A stretch of DNA of 64,000 bases from an uncultured Clostridia bacterium (GCA_937894775.1 CALAXC010000044.1:2532-66531), one strand, 5' to 3'. Positions 38,399 through 50,178 are shown, numbered from the stretch's first letter. Notes: generated from the sequence alone by a model not told the origin. Translations and numbers: made by a program.

Positions 38399-40306
38399 TT
38401 ATATCCTTTTAAGAATAACAGCGCTACAAGGAACTATCTCGCCGTTAAATTCTTTTCCGCTGATAAGATCTTTCCACTTGCCAGAAAGTTTAAAAGTCGC
38501 CTTTTCCTTTGCAGAGGCATTTGCCAGTATGTAAAGGCGTTCTCGTTTGTATGAACGCTTAAATATCAACGTAGACTCTTCAGCGCTCACAAGCGAAAAT
38601 TCTCCCTCTGCAAAAATATCTCTGTACTCTTCCCTGATTTTTCCAAGTGTAGAATAGAGCTCTACCAATGTTTTATTTTCTCTTCCCCACGGATACGGCA
38701 TACGGCAAAAAGGATCTCTGTATCCTTCAAGTCCTGCCTCATCTCCATAATAAACCGAAGGCACTCCGTAAACGGTATACTGTATAACCGTGGCAAGCGC
38801 CATTTTTTTTATTGCGGCACGCTTTTGGGAATTTGAAAGTCGCTTTACAGCAAGAACCGAGCCACACTCGTCAGAGGTATTATCATCGCCTTTTCCAAAA
38901 ACAGTAAGCGCTCGTTCGGTATCGTGCGTTCCGAGAATATTCATCAATGAATCACAGACCGTCTTAGGATAAGTTGAATATATAGAAAGAAGAACATCTC
39001 CCAAAAAAGCCGCATTACCGTCAAGAACAAAGCGCATTATCCCCTTTCTCAAAGGATAATTCATTACGCTATCAAGCTGTGCTCCGCGAAGATATTTTCT
39101 ACGTTTTCCGTACGCTATCTTTTCGGTAGCATTTTCCCATACTTCGCCTATAATGATAGCTTCTCCATTACTTGTATCCTTTACAGTTTTACAAAATTCA
39201 TCTAAGAAATTATCTGAAAGCTCATCGGCAACGTCAAGTCGCCATCCCGAAACTCCCTGCTTTATATATTCTGCGCCAACACCGTTTTCTGCGGTAAAAT
39301 ATTGGCGGCAACTGTCATTCTCATGGTTAAGTCTAGGCAAAATCTCTATACCCCACCAAGAATCATAGCTATCTCTATTGCCCTTAAACAAATACCAATC
39401 CTTATAAGGCGAAGCATCATCGGTATAAGCGCCTTTTCCGCCATATTCTCCATAACGGTCAAAATACAAGCTGTTATCTCCTGTATGATTGAACACACCG
39501 TCAAGAATTATTCTAATATCAAGCTCAGCAGCCTTTTTTATAAGTTCATCGAATGCCTTTTTACCGCCAAACATCGCATCGATCTCAAGGTAATTACCCG
39601 TATCGTATTTATGGTTTGAATATGCCTTGAATATAGGATTCAAATATATAACGCCTACTCCAAGCGACTTAAGATATCCGAGCTTTTCTATAACTCCCCA
39701 AAGATTTCCGCCAAAAAACATATTATTCTTTACGGCTTCTCCTTGATGGTCTACATACTGCGGAATACCGTTTTCCCAGTCATCGTTAATTATTACATCA
39801 TCGCGTGTTCCGACCTCCCCGCTACCGCGACAAAATCTATCAACGAATATCTGATACATAACTCTGCCATGAAACCATTTTGGCGTTTCAAAGCCCTGCT
39901 GATAAACCAACATTAAAAATCTTTTTTCGGAATAACTCTGTAATTTAAACGTAACATTATTCTCTGTTGATGTAAAAAGTGTATCCGCCCCACGCAAAAA
40001 AAGAATTTCATAGTAAAAAAGTCCGTCATTCTCTTCACCGCAAAGCTCTCTTGTATCAAGAGTCAGCTTATATACATCCGTTATCATATCGGTTGTGACA
40101 AAAGAAAACGGAATGTCAGTATCTGCCTCGCCGTCACGGCATATCCTCATAACAACAGCCGAAGCACCAAGTTTTCTTGGTGCTTCGACGGTAAATTCAG
40201 GACATTCTCCAAAGGCAAAGCATCCCCTTGCGGTTACGTCCGCTCCGTCTATTGTTTTTATAATTGATGGAAGGCAATCTGCCCAAAAGGAATTTTTTAT
40301 TAGCAT
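38399..40306 (-). CDS. GH13 alpha-amylase-family enzyme (neopullulanase/cyclomaltodextrinase-like)
   Basis: GH13 regions DGVFNH, GWRLDVADE, EVW and HD, with an N-terminal extension. Confidence 0.85.
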   Translation of the reverse strand: MLIKNSFWADCLPSIIKTIDGADVTARGCFAFGECPEFTVEAPRKLGASAVVMRICRDGEADTDIPFSFVTTDMITDVYKLTLDTRELCGEENDGLFYYEILFLRGADTLFTSTENNVTFKLQSYSEKRFLMLVYQQGFETPKWFHGRVMYQIFVDRFCRGSGEVGTRDDVIINDDWENGIPQYVDHQGEAVKNNMFFGGNLWGVIEKLGYLKSLGVGVIYLNPIFKAYSNHKYDTGNYLEIDAMFGGKKAFDELIKKAAELDIRIILDGVFNHTGDNSLYFDRYGEYGGKGAYTDDASPYKDWYLFKGNRDSYDSWWGIEILPRLNHENDSCRQYFTAENGVGAEYIKQGVSGWRLDVADELSDNFLDEFCKTVKDTSNGEAIIIGEVWENATEKIAYGKRRKYLRGAQLDSVMNYPLRKGIMRFVLDGNAAFLGDVLLSIYSTYPKTVCDSLMNILGTHDTERALTVFGKGDDNTSDECGSVLAVKRLSNSQKRAAIKKMALATVIQYTVYGVPSVYYGDEAGLEGYRDPFCRMPYPWGRENKTLVELYSTLGKIREEYRDIFAEGEFSLVSAEESTLIFKRSYKRERLYILANASAKEKATFKLSGKWKDLISGKEFNGEIVPCSAVILKRI

Positions 40307-40341
40307 TTGGTTTTCCTAACTTTATTTCAAATTATCATTAA

Positions 40342-42765
40342 TTACTTATTAAGCTTCTTTATATTCCAGATATTAGCCGCGTACTCATCAATTGAACGGT
40401 CAGCAGCAAAGAAGCCTGATGCAGCGATATTCAAAAGGGACATACGGTTCCACTTTTCCTTATCCACGTAATCTGCAACAGCTCTCATATGAGTCATTCT
40501 GTAAGACTCGAAATCTGCAAGGCAAAGGAAGGGATCTGCGATACCTGGACCGGTTGTAAGATAGTTGGCTATATCCGCAAATGATTCGCCCGCGAATCCT
40601 ACTGTAAGAGCATTGATGATACGCTGAATTTTAACATTAGTAATATAGAACTCCTGAGCATTATATCCGCGCAACCAAAGATCTTCAACCTCAGCACTTG
40701 TAAGACCGAAGATATACATATTATCCTTACCAACCTCAGCAAGCATTTCTACGTTTGCGCCGTCAAGAGTACCTATGGTCATAGCTCCGTTCATCATAAG
40801 CTTCATACAACCTGTACCGCTTGCCTCTTTACCTGCCATAGAAATCTGTTCGCTTATTTCAGCTGCGGGAATAAGTGCTTCTGCAAGGCTCACGTTATAA
40901 TCCTCAAGGAATACAACTGCAAGCTTTTCTCTTGCAACAGGATCGTTTGCAATATGCTTACCCAAGCAATAAATAAGATTGATAATTCTCTTTGCGTGAT
41001 AGTATCCCGATGCCGCCTTTGCTCCGAAGAGAAATGTTATAGGCTGGAAGTCTGCATTAGGATTATCCTTAATATCGAGATAAAGTCCTATAATATTCAG
41101 CACATTAAGAAGCTGACGCTTATACTCGTGCAAACGCTTTATCTGAACGTCAAATATAGAGTGTGTGTCTATGAGCTTGCCCGTCTTTTTGTAAAGCATA
41201 TTTGAGAAATTGATCTTATTATTGTGTTTGATAGCTCTTACACGTGAAAGAACAGCATCATCCTCTGCATACTTAGCAAAATTATTAAGCTCTATCGGGT
41301 TATGACGGTATCCCGTACCGATAGTTTCATCAAGCAAGCCTGCAAGCTCGGGGTTCGAATAGCAGAGCCAACGACGGTGTGCAATACCGTTCGTTACGTT
41401 ACAAAAACGCTCAGGATACATAGCATAGAAATCATGGAAGATAGATTTAACAAGAATATCAGAGTGAAGCTTCGACACACCGTTTATAGAATGACATCCT
41501 ATAACACAGAGATTAGCCATACGCACCTGACCGTATCCTATTACACTCATCTTAGAAATTTTATTCCAATTACCCGGGAATACATTCCAAGCCTCACGAC
41601 AGAAACGCTCGTTGATTTCTTTAATAATATTATAAATTCTGGGCAACTTAAGACGGAAAAGATCCTCGTTCCATGTTTCAAGAGCCTCAGGCATTACCGT
41701 ATGGTTAGTGTAAGAACATACTTCAGTAACAATCTTCCAAGCAACATCCCAGTCCATAAAGTATTCATCAACAAGGATTCTCATAAGCTCGGGAATACAA
41801 AGCGCAGGGTGAGTATCATTGATATGAATAGCAACCTTTTCGGCAAGATTATCTATTCTGCCATAAACTGCCATATGATCTCGAATTATACTCTGGCAAG
41901 ATGCAGATACCATAAAGTACTGCTGAGAAAGTCGCAAAAGCTTACCTTCGATATGATTATCGGAAGGATAAAGAACCTTTGAAATAGTTTCGGCATTAGT
42001 GCTCTCCTCTACCGCTCTTGCATACTGTCCCTGAGTAAAGAGACTCATATTAAAATTCTTTATATCTCTTGCTTTCCACAAACGAAGCTGGCTGACAGCA
42101 GAACTATCACCGCCCGAAACCATCATATCATAAGCAACTGCCTCGATACATTCAGCATCTTCATAAATGACCTCCATATGTCCGTCGCGCCACTCCTCAC
42201 GAACACGGCCACCCATTCTTACCTGGTAAATACGGTCTGTTCTCGGAACGAGCCATACTTCTCCACCGGGAAGCCAGATATCAGGAAGCTCTACCTGCAT
42301 ACCGTCAACGATCATCTGCTTAAAGAAGCCGTATTCATAGCAAATAGAAAATCCTGTTGCGGGATAATCAAGAGATGCAAGTGAATCCATAAAGCAAGCA
42401 GCAAGTCTTCCAAGTCCGCCGTTACCGAGTCCTGCATCGGGCTCGCAGGTATAAAGCTCGTCGAGCTCTATGCCGTATTCCTTAAGAACAGCCTTGTATT
42501 CGTTATCAAGACCGAGATTACAAAGATTTGTCTTAAGCGAACGACCCATCAAAAATTCCATACACATATAGTATACGCGCTTTGCTCCTGCAGCGTTTAC
42601 TGCGTGCTTGAAATCGTTTCTTTTCGATGAAAGCATATCTCTTACTGTCATAGACACAGCCTTATACATCTGATCTCTTGATGCCTCATCGGGAGTACAG
42701 CCAAAGTATCTTGAAAGCTTTATTTCAATATTTTCTTTAACCTGTGCTTTTGTTAATTTTTCCAT
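40342..42765 (-). CDS. glgP: glycogen/alpha-glucan phosphorylase
   Basis: 807 aa. GNGGLGRLA, and a PLP-site region EASGTGCMKLMMNGA. Confidence 0.95.
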   Translation of the reverse strand: MEKLTKAQVKENIEIKLSRYFGCTPDEASRDQMYKAVSMTVRDMLSSKRNDFKHAVNAAGAKRVYYMCMEFLMGRSLKTNLCNLGLDNEYKAVLKEYGIELDELYTCEPDAGLGNGGLGRLAACFMDSLASLDYPATGFSICYEYGFFKQMIVDGMQVELPDIWLPGGEVWLVPRTDRIYQVRMGGRVREEWRDGHMEVIYEDAECIEAVAYDMMVSGGDSSAVSQLRLWKARDIKNFNMSLFTQGQYARAVEESTNAETISKVLYPSDNHIEGKLLRLSQQYFMVSASCQSIIRDHMAVYGRIDNLAEKVAIHINDTHPALCIPELMRILVDEYFMDWDVAWKIVTEVCSYTNHTVMPEALETWNEDLFRLKLPRIYNIIKEINERFCREAWNVFPGNWNKISKMSVIGYGQVRMANLCVIGCHSINGVSKLHSDILVKSIFHDFYAMYPERFCNVTNGIAHRRWLCYSNPELAGLLDETIGTGYRHNPIELNNFAKYAEDDAVLSRVRAIKHNNKINFSNMLYKKTGKLIDTHSIFDVQIKRLHEYKRQLLNVLNIIGLYLDIKDNPNADFQPITFLFGAKAASGYYHAKRIINLIYCLGKHIANDPVAREKLAVVFLEDYNVSLAEALIPAAEISEQISMAGKEASGTGCMKLMMNGAMTIGTLDGANVEMLAEVGKDNMYIFGLTSAEVEDLWLRGYNAQEFYITNVKIQRIINALTVGFAGESFADIANYLTTGPGIADPFLCLADFESYRMTHMRAVADYVDKEKWNRMSLLNIAASGFFAADRSIDEYAANIWNIKKLNK

Positions 42766-42831
42766 TGGTAATGTCCCTTTCTACTTAGACCCGATCCAAT
42801 ATCAGACAGAGCCTTTTTACAAATTCATTTA

Positions 42832-44283
42832 TTATTTATTTTTCCACAACGGAGCATACATTTCCAAATATTTTTCCGCTGAATTTTTCCAAGAAAAATC
42901 GATATTCATTATTTTTCTTACAAATCGATCCCTCATATCTATATTGCGCCAAAGCTCAATAGCCGCACAAGAGCGTTCCTCAAGCTCATACGGGCTGTAA
43001 TTTGCAAAAGTAAATCCGTTTCCGCAAAGCTCACCGTTATTGTTCCAATATGGCTTTATAGAATCATAAAGTCCGCCTGTTTCTCTTACTACAGGTATTG
43101 CTCCGTATCTTGAAGCTATCATCTGAGAAAGACCGCAAGGCTCGCTCTTCGACGGCATCAAGAAGATATCACTTGCCGCATATATACGTTTTGAAAGATC
43201 TCGATCATAGGTTATAAGTGCTCTTACCTTGTGTGGGTAAGCACTCTCAAGTCCCTTGAAGAATCCCTCATACTGAGATTCTCCCTTGCCGAGCAAAACA
43301 AGCTGAACGTCGTTTTTTCCGACAAGATTATAGATCATTTGCGATATGATATCAAATCCTTTATGCGAAGCAAGTCGGGATATTATAGATATCATCGGCA
43401 CGTCGGTCCTTTCGGGAAGTCCGAGTTCTTTCTGCAAAGCAAGTTTGTTCTGATACTTAAGCTCAAGCTTATCAGCATTATAATTTACCGCTATCGCCGA
43501 ATCCTTTTCGGGATCGTAATAGGTATAATCTATACCGTTAAGAATACCCAAAAGCTTATACCGTGACTCTCTTAAAATTCTGTCCAAGCCGTGCGCATAC
43601 TCGGGAGAACATATCTCATCGGCATAACGCGGACTTACTGTTGTAACGATATCGGCAGAAGCGATAGCCCCCTTCATAAGATTGATACAACCGTCATATT
43701 CAACTATATTTCTGGCACTTGTACCAAGCTCAAACACATCACCGAGTATTGAAAAATCATACTGTCCCTGATATTCTATATTGTGTATCGTATAGACAAG
43801 CTTTATATCGTGATATCCCGCTATCTGACGGTATTTTTGATTTATATAAATAAGTGTCAGTGCACTCGACCAATCGTGCGCGTGTACTATATCGGGATAA
43901 AATCCTACAAGCTGTGGTAAAGTCGCCGCTACTTTTGAGAAATACGCAAAGCGCTCAGCTTCGTCAAGATATCCGTAAAGAGCTCCCCTGTTAAAGTAGT
44001 ATTCATTATCTACGAAATAGTAAGTAACTCCGTCCTTTACAAGACTATATACAGCACAGTAAAGAATTCTCCAAGCAAGCGATATCTCACCCTCGTACTC
44101 CTTGGTCATTTGTTTTCTCCACTCGGAAGATACAGCCCCGTATAAAGGCATAACCACTCTTACGTCGACCTTTCCGCCCGATGCTTGTGTTATTGCCGTC
44201 GGTAAAGAACCGAGCACGTCACCAAGTCCGCCCGTTGCCGCAAACGGCATTACCTCTGCTCCAACAAAGAGTATTTTTTTCAT
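42832..44283 (-). CDS. glgA: glycogen synthase
   Basis: Start MKKILFVGAEVMPFAATGGLGDV with AAGGAG 7 nt upstream; GT5 family. Confidence 0.93.
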   Translation of the reverse strand: MKKILFVGAEVMPFAATGGLGDVLGSLPTAITQASGGKVDVRVVMPLYGAVSSEWRKQMTKEYEGEISLAWRILYCAVYSLVKDGVTYYFVDNEYYFNRGALYGYLDEAERFAYFSKVAATLPQLVGFYPDIVHAHDWSSALTLIYINQKYRQIAGYHDIKLVYTIHNIEYQGQYDFSILGDVFELGTSARNIVEYDGCINLMKGAIASADIVTTVSPRYADEICSPEYAHGLDRILRESRYKLLGILNGIDYTYYDPEKDSAIAVNYNADKLELKYQNKLALQKELGLPERTDVPMISIISRLASHKGFDIISQMIYNLVGKNDVQLVLLGKGESQYEGFFKGLESAYPHKVRALITYDRDLSKRIYAASDIFLMPSKSEPCGLSQMIASRYGAIPVVRETGGLYDSIKPYWNNNGELCGNGFTFANYSPYELEERSCAAIELWRNIDMRDRFVRKIMNIDFSWKNSAEKYLEMYAPLWKNK

Positions 44284-44298
44284 AAGCAATCTCCTTTA

Positions 44299-45432
44299 TC
44301 AGATCATACTTCCCTTTGAAAGGAAGAACGGCATACTTTCGTGTCCCGAAAGATTTCTGCCATCTCTTATGACTACGTTTTTATCGGTTATTACACAGTT
44401 AAGTGTAGTATCTGCACCAACATAAGTGTCCTGAAGCAAAATCGCATTTTTAACAACTGTTCCGCGACTTACGTGAACTCCTCTGAATATTATTGAATTT
44501 TCAACAACCCCCTCTATGCAGCATCCATCTGCTACAAGAGAATTCTTAACTGAAGAACCATTTTGATAAACTGTAGGCGATGAATTACGAAGCTTTGTAT
44601 ATACCATTCTTTCCGAAGAATTAAAAAGTTCGTTTCTTACGTTTTCATCAAGCAGTTTCATTGATGCCTTGTAATAACTTACAAGTGAGCTGATCTGCAA
44701 GAATATACCGTCAAAATGATATGCATTTATTCTTGCGTGCTCAAGTCTGTTAGCAAGAGCCTCGAGATAGAATCTTGTATATCCGTGAGCAGCAGCATCA
44801 TTTATAATATCAAGAAGGAAGGTTCTCTTAACAACGATTATGTTAGTGCTCACATCACATTCGGTCATATTATTAGTACAACCCGAAAGGTCTGTTATTC
44901 TTCCGTTTATATCACAAGTTACGACAGTTCCATCTTCAGAAGGAGGAATATCGCCCTGCTTTACCGTTCTTGTTATTATTGTCATATCAGCATCATTCTT
45001 CTCGTGAGTTCTTATAACATCTCTTAAATTAACGTTACAGATACTGTCACAGTCAGAAAGAACTATATGATCCTCGTTACACTTTGCTATAAAGTGTGTA
45101 ACTCCCATAAGCGCTTCAAGTCTTGTTGTATAGAGTCTTCCACCGTTTGCGCTGTTGTATGCAGCAATATACGGAGGAAGTATTCTTATTCCTCCCGAAC
45201 GCCTTGCAAGATCCCAGTCCTTACCTGTACCGATATGGTCCATAAGCGACTGATAATTATTGTGTGCGATAACGCCTATCTTTGTGACTCCGGAATTTAC
45301 CATCTGTGAAAGCGGAAAGTCTATAAGACGATAACGGCATCCAAAAGGAATAGATGCTATTGTACGGACACTTGTAAGCTCCGGTACCGAAGAGTTATGA
45401 ATATTAGAAAAGATCAATCCTGCTACTGCCAT
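44299..45432 (-). CDS. glgD: glucose-1-phosphate adenylyltransferase subunit GlgD
   Basis: GlgC paralog lacking the canonical GGxGxR loop. Its position between glgC and glgA matches Firmicutes glgBCDAP. Confidence 0.85.
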   Translation of the reverse strand: MAVAGLIFSNIHNSSVPELTSVRTIASIPFGCRYRLIDFPLSQMVNSGVTKIGVIAHNNYQSLMDHIGTGKDWDLARRSGGIRILPPYIAAYNSANGGRLYTTRLEALMGVTHFIAKCNEDHIVLSDCDSICNVNLRDVIRTHEKNDADMTIITRTVKQGDIPPSEDGTVVTCDINGRITDLSGCTNNMTECDVSTNIIVVKRTFLLDIINDAAAHGYTRFYLEALANRLEHARINAYHFDGIFLQISSLVSYYKASMKLLDENVRNELFNSSERMVYTKLRNSSPTVYQNGSSVKNSLVADGCCIEGVVENSIIFRGVHVSRGTVVKNAILLQDTYVGADTTLNCVITDKNVVIRDGRNLSGHESMPFFLSKGSMI

Positions 45433-45436
45433 TTTC

Positions 45437-46642
45437 TTATACCTCCTCCTTTATGTCTTTTTCGCTATATATCATTTTCGCATCTGCTATCTGAGTACCT
45501 ACAGGGATGTCTATTTTTGTTCCTACGACTGTGATGCCGCCTGCTTCACTCTTCGGCTTTCCAACCGATGCACTTGCACCCACCCTTACATCAGAATCAA
45601 CAATAGAATAATAAATTTTTGCATTTTCTCCAATAATAACGTCATCAAAAATAACCGAATCCTCAACAACAGCTCCCTGCATAACCTTTACACCTGTTCC
45701 GAGTACCGAATTTCTTACAGTTCCATATATCTCACAGCCTTCGGTTATGCTGCTGTTATCAACGATTGCATTTGCACCTACGTACTGCGGAGCGCTTGCC
45801 GCATGTCTTGAATAGATCCTCCAAGACTCATCCGAAAGATTCAAAACCGGCTGATTGCCCAAAAGATCCATATTTGCTTCCCAAAGTGAATCGATAGTTC
45901 CAACATCCTTCCAATATCCGCTGAAAGAATAAGCATAAAGACGTTCACCGTTTGCAAGCATTGCGGGGATAATATTCTTTCCAAAATCGTTAGAGCTTTC
46001 GGGATCCTCCGCATCTTTTATAAGATAATTTGCAAGGCATTCCTTAGAGAAGATATATATTCCCATTGACGCTTTTGTACTGTCGGGATTTTTCGGCTTT
46101 TCCGCAAATTTATATATTCTTCCTTCATCATCAACACTCATAATACCGAAGCGGCTTGCTTCTTCTATCGAAACGTCGATAACGGCTATCGTACAATCCG
46201 CACCCTTTTCTTTATGAGCCTTGAGCATTTTATCGTAATCCATTTTATAGATGTGGTCACCCGAAAGGATAAGAACATAATCGGGATCGTAATTATATAT
46301 AAACTGTAAATTCTGATATATCGCATTTGCAGTTCCTTTATACCAGTCAGCTCCATTTTTTCCCTGATAAGGCGGAAGTATCTTTACACCTCCCTGCGCT
46401 CTGTCAAGGTCCCAAGGTAATCCGTTTCCTATATAATCATTAAGGACCAACGGTTGATACTGCGTGAGCACACCAACAGTATCCACTCCTGAATTTATAC
46501 AATTTGAAAGGGGAAAATCAATAATTCTGTATTTTCCGCCAAAGGAAACCGCGGGCTTTGCGGTCTTCTCGGTAAGCGCATAAAGGCGGCTTCCCTGTCC
46601 TCCCGCAAGTAACATTGCTACACATTCTTTTTTCTTAAACAT
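45437..46642 (-). CDS. glgC: glucose-1-phosphate adenylyltransferase
   Basis: [19 protein letters not shown], and an LbH C-terminus. Start placed at MFKKKE with GGAGG 5 nt upstream. Confidence 0.93.
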   Translation of the reverse strand: MFKKKECVAMLLAGGQGSRLYALTEKTAKPAVSFGGKYRIIDFPLSNCINSGVDTVGVLTQYQPLVLNDYIGNGLPWDLDRAQGGVKILPPYQGKNGADWYKGTANAIYQNLQFIYNYDPDYVLILSGDHIYKMDYDKMLKAHKEKGADCTIAVIDVSIEEASRFGIMSVDDEGRIYKFAEKPKNPDSTKASMGIYIFSKECLANYLIKDAEDPESSNDFGKNIIPAMLANGERLYAYSFSGYWKDVGTIDSLWEANMDLLGNQPVLNLSDESWRIYSRHAASAPQYVGANAIVDNSSITEGCEIYGTVRNSVLGTGVKVMQGAVVEDSVIFDDVIIGENAKIYYSIVDSDVRVGASASVGKPKSEAGGITVVGTKIDIPVGTQIADAKMIYSEKDIKEEV

Positions 46643-46710
46643 AGTATCCTCCGTTAAGTTAAACATAGTCTCGTCTATGTTTTTATTTTTATAGTATTGA
46701 TATTGAACGC

Positions 46711-48564
46711 TTAATTTTGTTTCTCCTGATCTTTTTTGTTTTTTCCTGATTTATCGAACCTCAAAATACTTATTCCAAGCGGCGGTATCGTCAATTCAAA
46801 GGAATTTTCGCACCCGTGATAAGCTATCGGTTCTGTTTTTATTTGTTTATTATTAACTACTCCGCTTCCGTAAAACTCTTTACTGTCGGAATTAAATATC
46901 TCGCGGTAAGTTCCCTTATCAAAAGAACCCACACGGAAATTCTTATAAACAACAGGGGTAAAATTGATAATGACCGTCAGATCCTCATTATTCGATATTC
47001 TACGGAAAGCAATTATACTTTGACAGTCATTCTGAGAATCTATCCATTTAAATCCGCTTTCAAAATCATCTCTCTGCCAAAGTGCCGAATGTGAGAGATA
47101 AAAATTATTAAGCTCGGCTATATATCTTTGAAACTTTCCGTGACTTTCATAGTCAAGAAGGAACCATTCTATTTCTCTGTCATAGCCCCACTCTTTGAAT
47201 TGAGCTATTTCCGAGCTCATGAACAAAAGTTTTTTGCCTCGCATCGTCATCAAAAGTCCCATCAAGGCTCTTGCATTAGCAAATTTTTGCCAATAATCAC
47301 CCCACATATTGCTCAAAAGCGAGGTTTTTCCGTAGCAAATATTTTTATACGCAAACGAAAATATTTCTCTACCGTTTTTTATATGATCAAAGTGATCTGT
47401 TATTAAATTATGATGATATTTTCTGTATATTGGATCGAGCGCTGTATATTCAAGCACATCATCCGACCAATCGCTGTCAAACGCCAGATCAAATCCGACA
47501 TCCTTTTTCTTGCCCAGCGGGCCCTGCACGATCGTAACAACATCAGGAAATTCTTTCTTTATCACCGAATTAAGTAAGGCAAGAAATTCTACCGCATTGT
47601 CATATATCTCATGTTGCTTGTCCGTTTCAGCATTACTGAAATTATAAAATATATCGGTATTTGATATTCGTATCATATCTACGTGATAAACACGTATCCA
47701 ATACAAAACACTCGATATAAGAAATGAACGAACTTCATTTTTTGAAAGATCAAATCTTCTTATACTTCCGTATTCCTCACAGACATCGGAATACTCATAA
47801 AGCGGTGCTCCGTCAAACTCAAAAATTCCAAATCTTTCTTTTGGAAAGCTTGTGACAGGCCAATCAAAAATAACGCCTATTCCCGCCTCATGCATTTTAT
47901 CTATAAAAGCTTTGAAATCATCGGGCGTTCCGTATCTTGATGCAGGAGCAAAGAATGAACTCGGTGTATATCCCAAAGACTCGTCCGCCGAATACTCCAT
48001 TATCGGTGTGATCGAAATATGTGTGTATCCCATTTGTTTTATATAAGGTGCAAGCTCTCTTGCATATTCCTTATAATTAAGAAGTCCGCGTTTTTCTCTT
48101 TTTTTCCAAGAAGAGAGATGTACTCCGTATATATTTAGCGGTCGGGAAACTATTTCGCTTTGATAAGACTTCCTGAATTTAAGCCACCCTTCATCCTTCC
48201 AAGGATATTCCATATAACGAGCCACTACCGAAGAATTTTCGGGAGCGCTCATTTGTCCTAATGCATAAGGGTCAGCCTTATAATGTACTTGTCCGTGTCC
48301 GTATATTCGATATTTATATCTGCTCCCTGCGGGCACCCTTTCTTTGGGAAGTGCTACTTCCCACACTCCCTTATCGGATATTTTTTTCATAGGAGTATCA
48401 TCTCGCCAGGAATTAAAATCTCCCGTCAGCATAACTTTGTTTGCTCTCGGAGCCCAAACTCTGAAAACATAGAAGGCGCCCTGCTCATGAACACCGAAAA
48501 AATCCTGTGCAGAATAATTTTTTCCTTCAAAGAAGCTTTGAAGCATCTGCTCTGTATTATTCAC
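46711..48564 (-). CDS. glgB: 1,4-alpha-glucan branching enzyme
   Basis: CBM48-like N-terminus ([17 protein letters not shown]) and a GH13 core. GTG start with GGGAGG 7 nt upstream. Confidence 0.9.
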   Translation of the reverse strand: MNNTEQMLQSFFEGKNYSAQDFFGVHEQGAFYVFRVWAPRANKVMLTGDFNSWRDDTPMKKISDKGVWEVALPKERVPAGSRYKYRIYGHGQVHYKADPYALGQMSAPENSSVVARYMEYPWKDEGWLKFRKSYQSEIVSRPLNIYGVHLSSWKKREKRGLLNYKEYARELAPYIKQMGYTHISITPIMEYSADESLGYTPSSFFAPASRYGTPDDFKAFIDKMHEAGIGVIFDWPVTSFPKERFGIFEFDGAPLYEYSDVCEEYGSIRRFDLSKNEVRSFLISSVLYWIRVYHVDMIRISNTDIFYNFSNAETDKQHEIYDNAVEFLALLNSVIKKEFPDVVTIVQGPLGKKKDVGFDLAFDSDWSDDVLEYTALDPIYRKYHHNLITDHFDHIKNGREIFSFAYKNICYGKTSLLSNMWGDYWQKFANARALMGLLMTMRGKKLLFMSSEIAQFKEWGYDREIEWFLLDYESHGKFQRYIAELNNFYLSHSALWQRDDFESGFKWIDSQNDCQSIIAFRRISNNEDLTVIINFTPVVYKNFRVGSFDKGTYREIFNSDSKEFYGSGVVNNKQIKTEPIAYHGCENSFELTIPPLGISILRFDKSGKNKKDQEKQN

Positions 48565-48601
48565 TCACATACCTCCCATTAAAAGTCATTACCCCCGACC
48601 G

Positions 48602-48913
48602 TCAATCATAATCGCTGTAAAAAATAATCTCATCGGGAAAACACATACCAAGCTTCTCTCTTGCTATCCTGATTTTAAACTCATCATCAAGAGGTGCATC
48701 AAGCATATATTCAAGTCGCTGTATCTCATTTTTAAGTTCTATAACGTAAGCTTCTTTTTCGAGCTTTTTTTCCATAGCCTCGTTATATTGCATCAAGCTC
48801 CAAAGAAAATAAACCACAGAGAATATCAAAAAAAACACCAAGAAGGCGCAAACAGCTATATAAATTTTGCTTTTCTTTTCTGTAAAATTAGAAAAGTATT
48901 CATTTTTTTTCAT
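48602..48913 (-). CDS. divIC: septum formation initiator (FtsB/DivIC family)
   Basis: 103 aa with a single TM helix and a coiled coil. Its position after yabQ matches B. subtilis yabP-yabQ-divIC. Confidence 0.7.
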   Translation of the reverse strand: MKKNEYFSNFTEKKSKIYIAVCAFLVFFLIFSVVYFLWSLMQYNEAMEKKLEKEAYVIELKNEIQRLEYMLDAPLDDEFKIRIAREKLGMCFPDEIIFYSDYD

Positions 48914-48928
48914 CCTCGCGTCCCCTTC

Positions 48929-49558
48929 CTATTTTTTTCGAACGGTCTGCGTTATTTTTATTCTATTCGCTGAAGAACTTTCATTATCGCATACTGTCTC
49001 ATTTACATTATACACCTCTTTCCTCTTTTTTTCAATACGAAAACGAAATTTTCCACACATTTTTTTGATTTTTTTTACAAATTTATTATATATATATAAT
49101 ATTGGTTTTCTTAAAAAATCGAAAATTGACATAATCGCGTATTTTAAGAAAAAGAATCCGCCCTCAAACAAAAAAAGCAAGACTTTTGAAAAGCTAAAAT
49201 AATATATTAAAAACCCTACCGCAGCACCGAGCACGGTAAACATTCTGAATTTCCCGTCATTGTAAGAATAATTTATTACAACGAGTCCTATTACAGCATA
49301 AGCGGATAAAAAAAGATCACACAAAAAAACCGTAATATTCGTGATAATCTTTCCGCTTTTTTTACCGTCTGTCAAGGACATAGCATTTTTTGAAAAAGGT
49401 AGCTTAGCAGAATAAAGCTTCTTCAATTTTACATTTTCGGGAGCATTTGAAAACAGCAATCTTAAGGTTCTTCCTATATCAAAAAGTACACCGAGTTGTC
49501 CGCCAAACAAAAAAGATACTAAAAGCATCTTAGCTAAAATATCGGGAAATATCTCCAT
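48929..49558 (-). CDS. yabQ: spore cortex biosynthesis protein YabQ
   Basis: Membrane protein with the LFGGQLGVLFDIGRTLR motif, immediately downstream of yabP. Confidence 0.65.
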   Translation of the reverse strand: MEIFPDILAKMLLVSFLFGGQLGVLFDIGRTLRLLFSNAPENVKLKKLYSAKLPFSKNAMSLTDGKKSGKIITNITVFLCDLFLSAYAVIGLVVINYSYNDGKFRMFTVLGAAVGFLIYYFSFSKVLLFLFEGGFFFLKYAIMSIFDFLRKPILYIYNKFVKKIKKMCGKFRFRIEKKRKEVYNVNETVCDNESSSANRIKITQTVRKK

Positions 49559-49570
49559 TCCTTATCCTCG

Positions 49571-49849
49571 TCAGTGTGCGAATCTTGCAAAAAATCCTTT
49601 TTTATTATCCTTGGAATCATTAACATAAAAAAATCCGTCTATCTTTCCGCTCAGTGTTACCACACCGCGGTCAGTATCCAATACACCGATTTTTATATTT
49701 TCTCCCTCTATAAATAATTCTCCTTCGCTCGTCATAAGCCTTACACTTTCTTCATCAAAGCTTATAACTTCACATACTCCAGAAACAGTCATTTCTGCCC
49801 TTTTCGAAAGCGTTATTTCGTGAACTCGTTTTATATCAGAACCCGCCAT
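49571..49849 (-). CDS. yabP: sporulation protein YabP
   Basis: About 92 aa with the YabP/YqfC pattern (ITLSKRAEMTVSGV.EV.SFDEESV.L.T..G.L.I.GE.I). Confidence 0.8.
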   Translation of the reverse strand: MAGSDIKRVHEITLSKRAEMTVSGVCEVISFDEESVRLMTSEGELFIEGENIKIGVLDTDRGVVTLSGKIDGFFYVNDSKDNKKGFFARFAH

Positions 49850-49932
49850 AAACAAAAAACCTCCGCAAGATTATTGATATGATGATATCAATAAATTCTA
49901 TGCGAAGATCTTGATTTATATTCTTTAAAAAA

Positions 49933-50178
49933 CTATTCTTCTATAACCTCATACATCGCAGCGGCATCAGCCTTAGCTACGTTGTCCTTCACGGTAAGAA
50001 CACGTATTTTTAAAGTTCTCTGTCCGAAGGTTATTTCCAGAACATCGCCCTCTTTAACGTCATAAGACGCCTTTGCGCGTCTTCCGTTTACGCTTACGTG
50101 CTCGGTGTCACAAGCATCGTTTGCCACCGTTCTACGCTTGATTATTCTTGAAACCTTTAAATATTTATCTAATCTCAT
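49933..50178 (-). CDS. yabO: S4-domain RNA-binding protein (YabO/Hsp15-like)
   Basis: MRLDKYLKVSRIIKRRT S4 motif; 81 aa. Confidence 0.85.
   Translation of the reverse strand: MRLDKYLKVSRIIKRRTVANDACDTEHVSVNGRRAKASYDVKEGDVLEITFGQRTLKIRVLTVKDNVAKADAAAMYEVIEE

Noticed and set aside
38399-48564. Large carbohydrate cluster considered as a novel polysaccharide system.
   Set aside because: The gene order glgB-glgC-glgD-glgA-glgP plus a GH13 enzyme is the standard Firmicutes glycogen operon.
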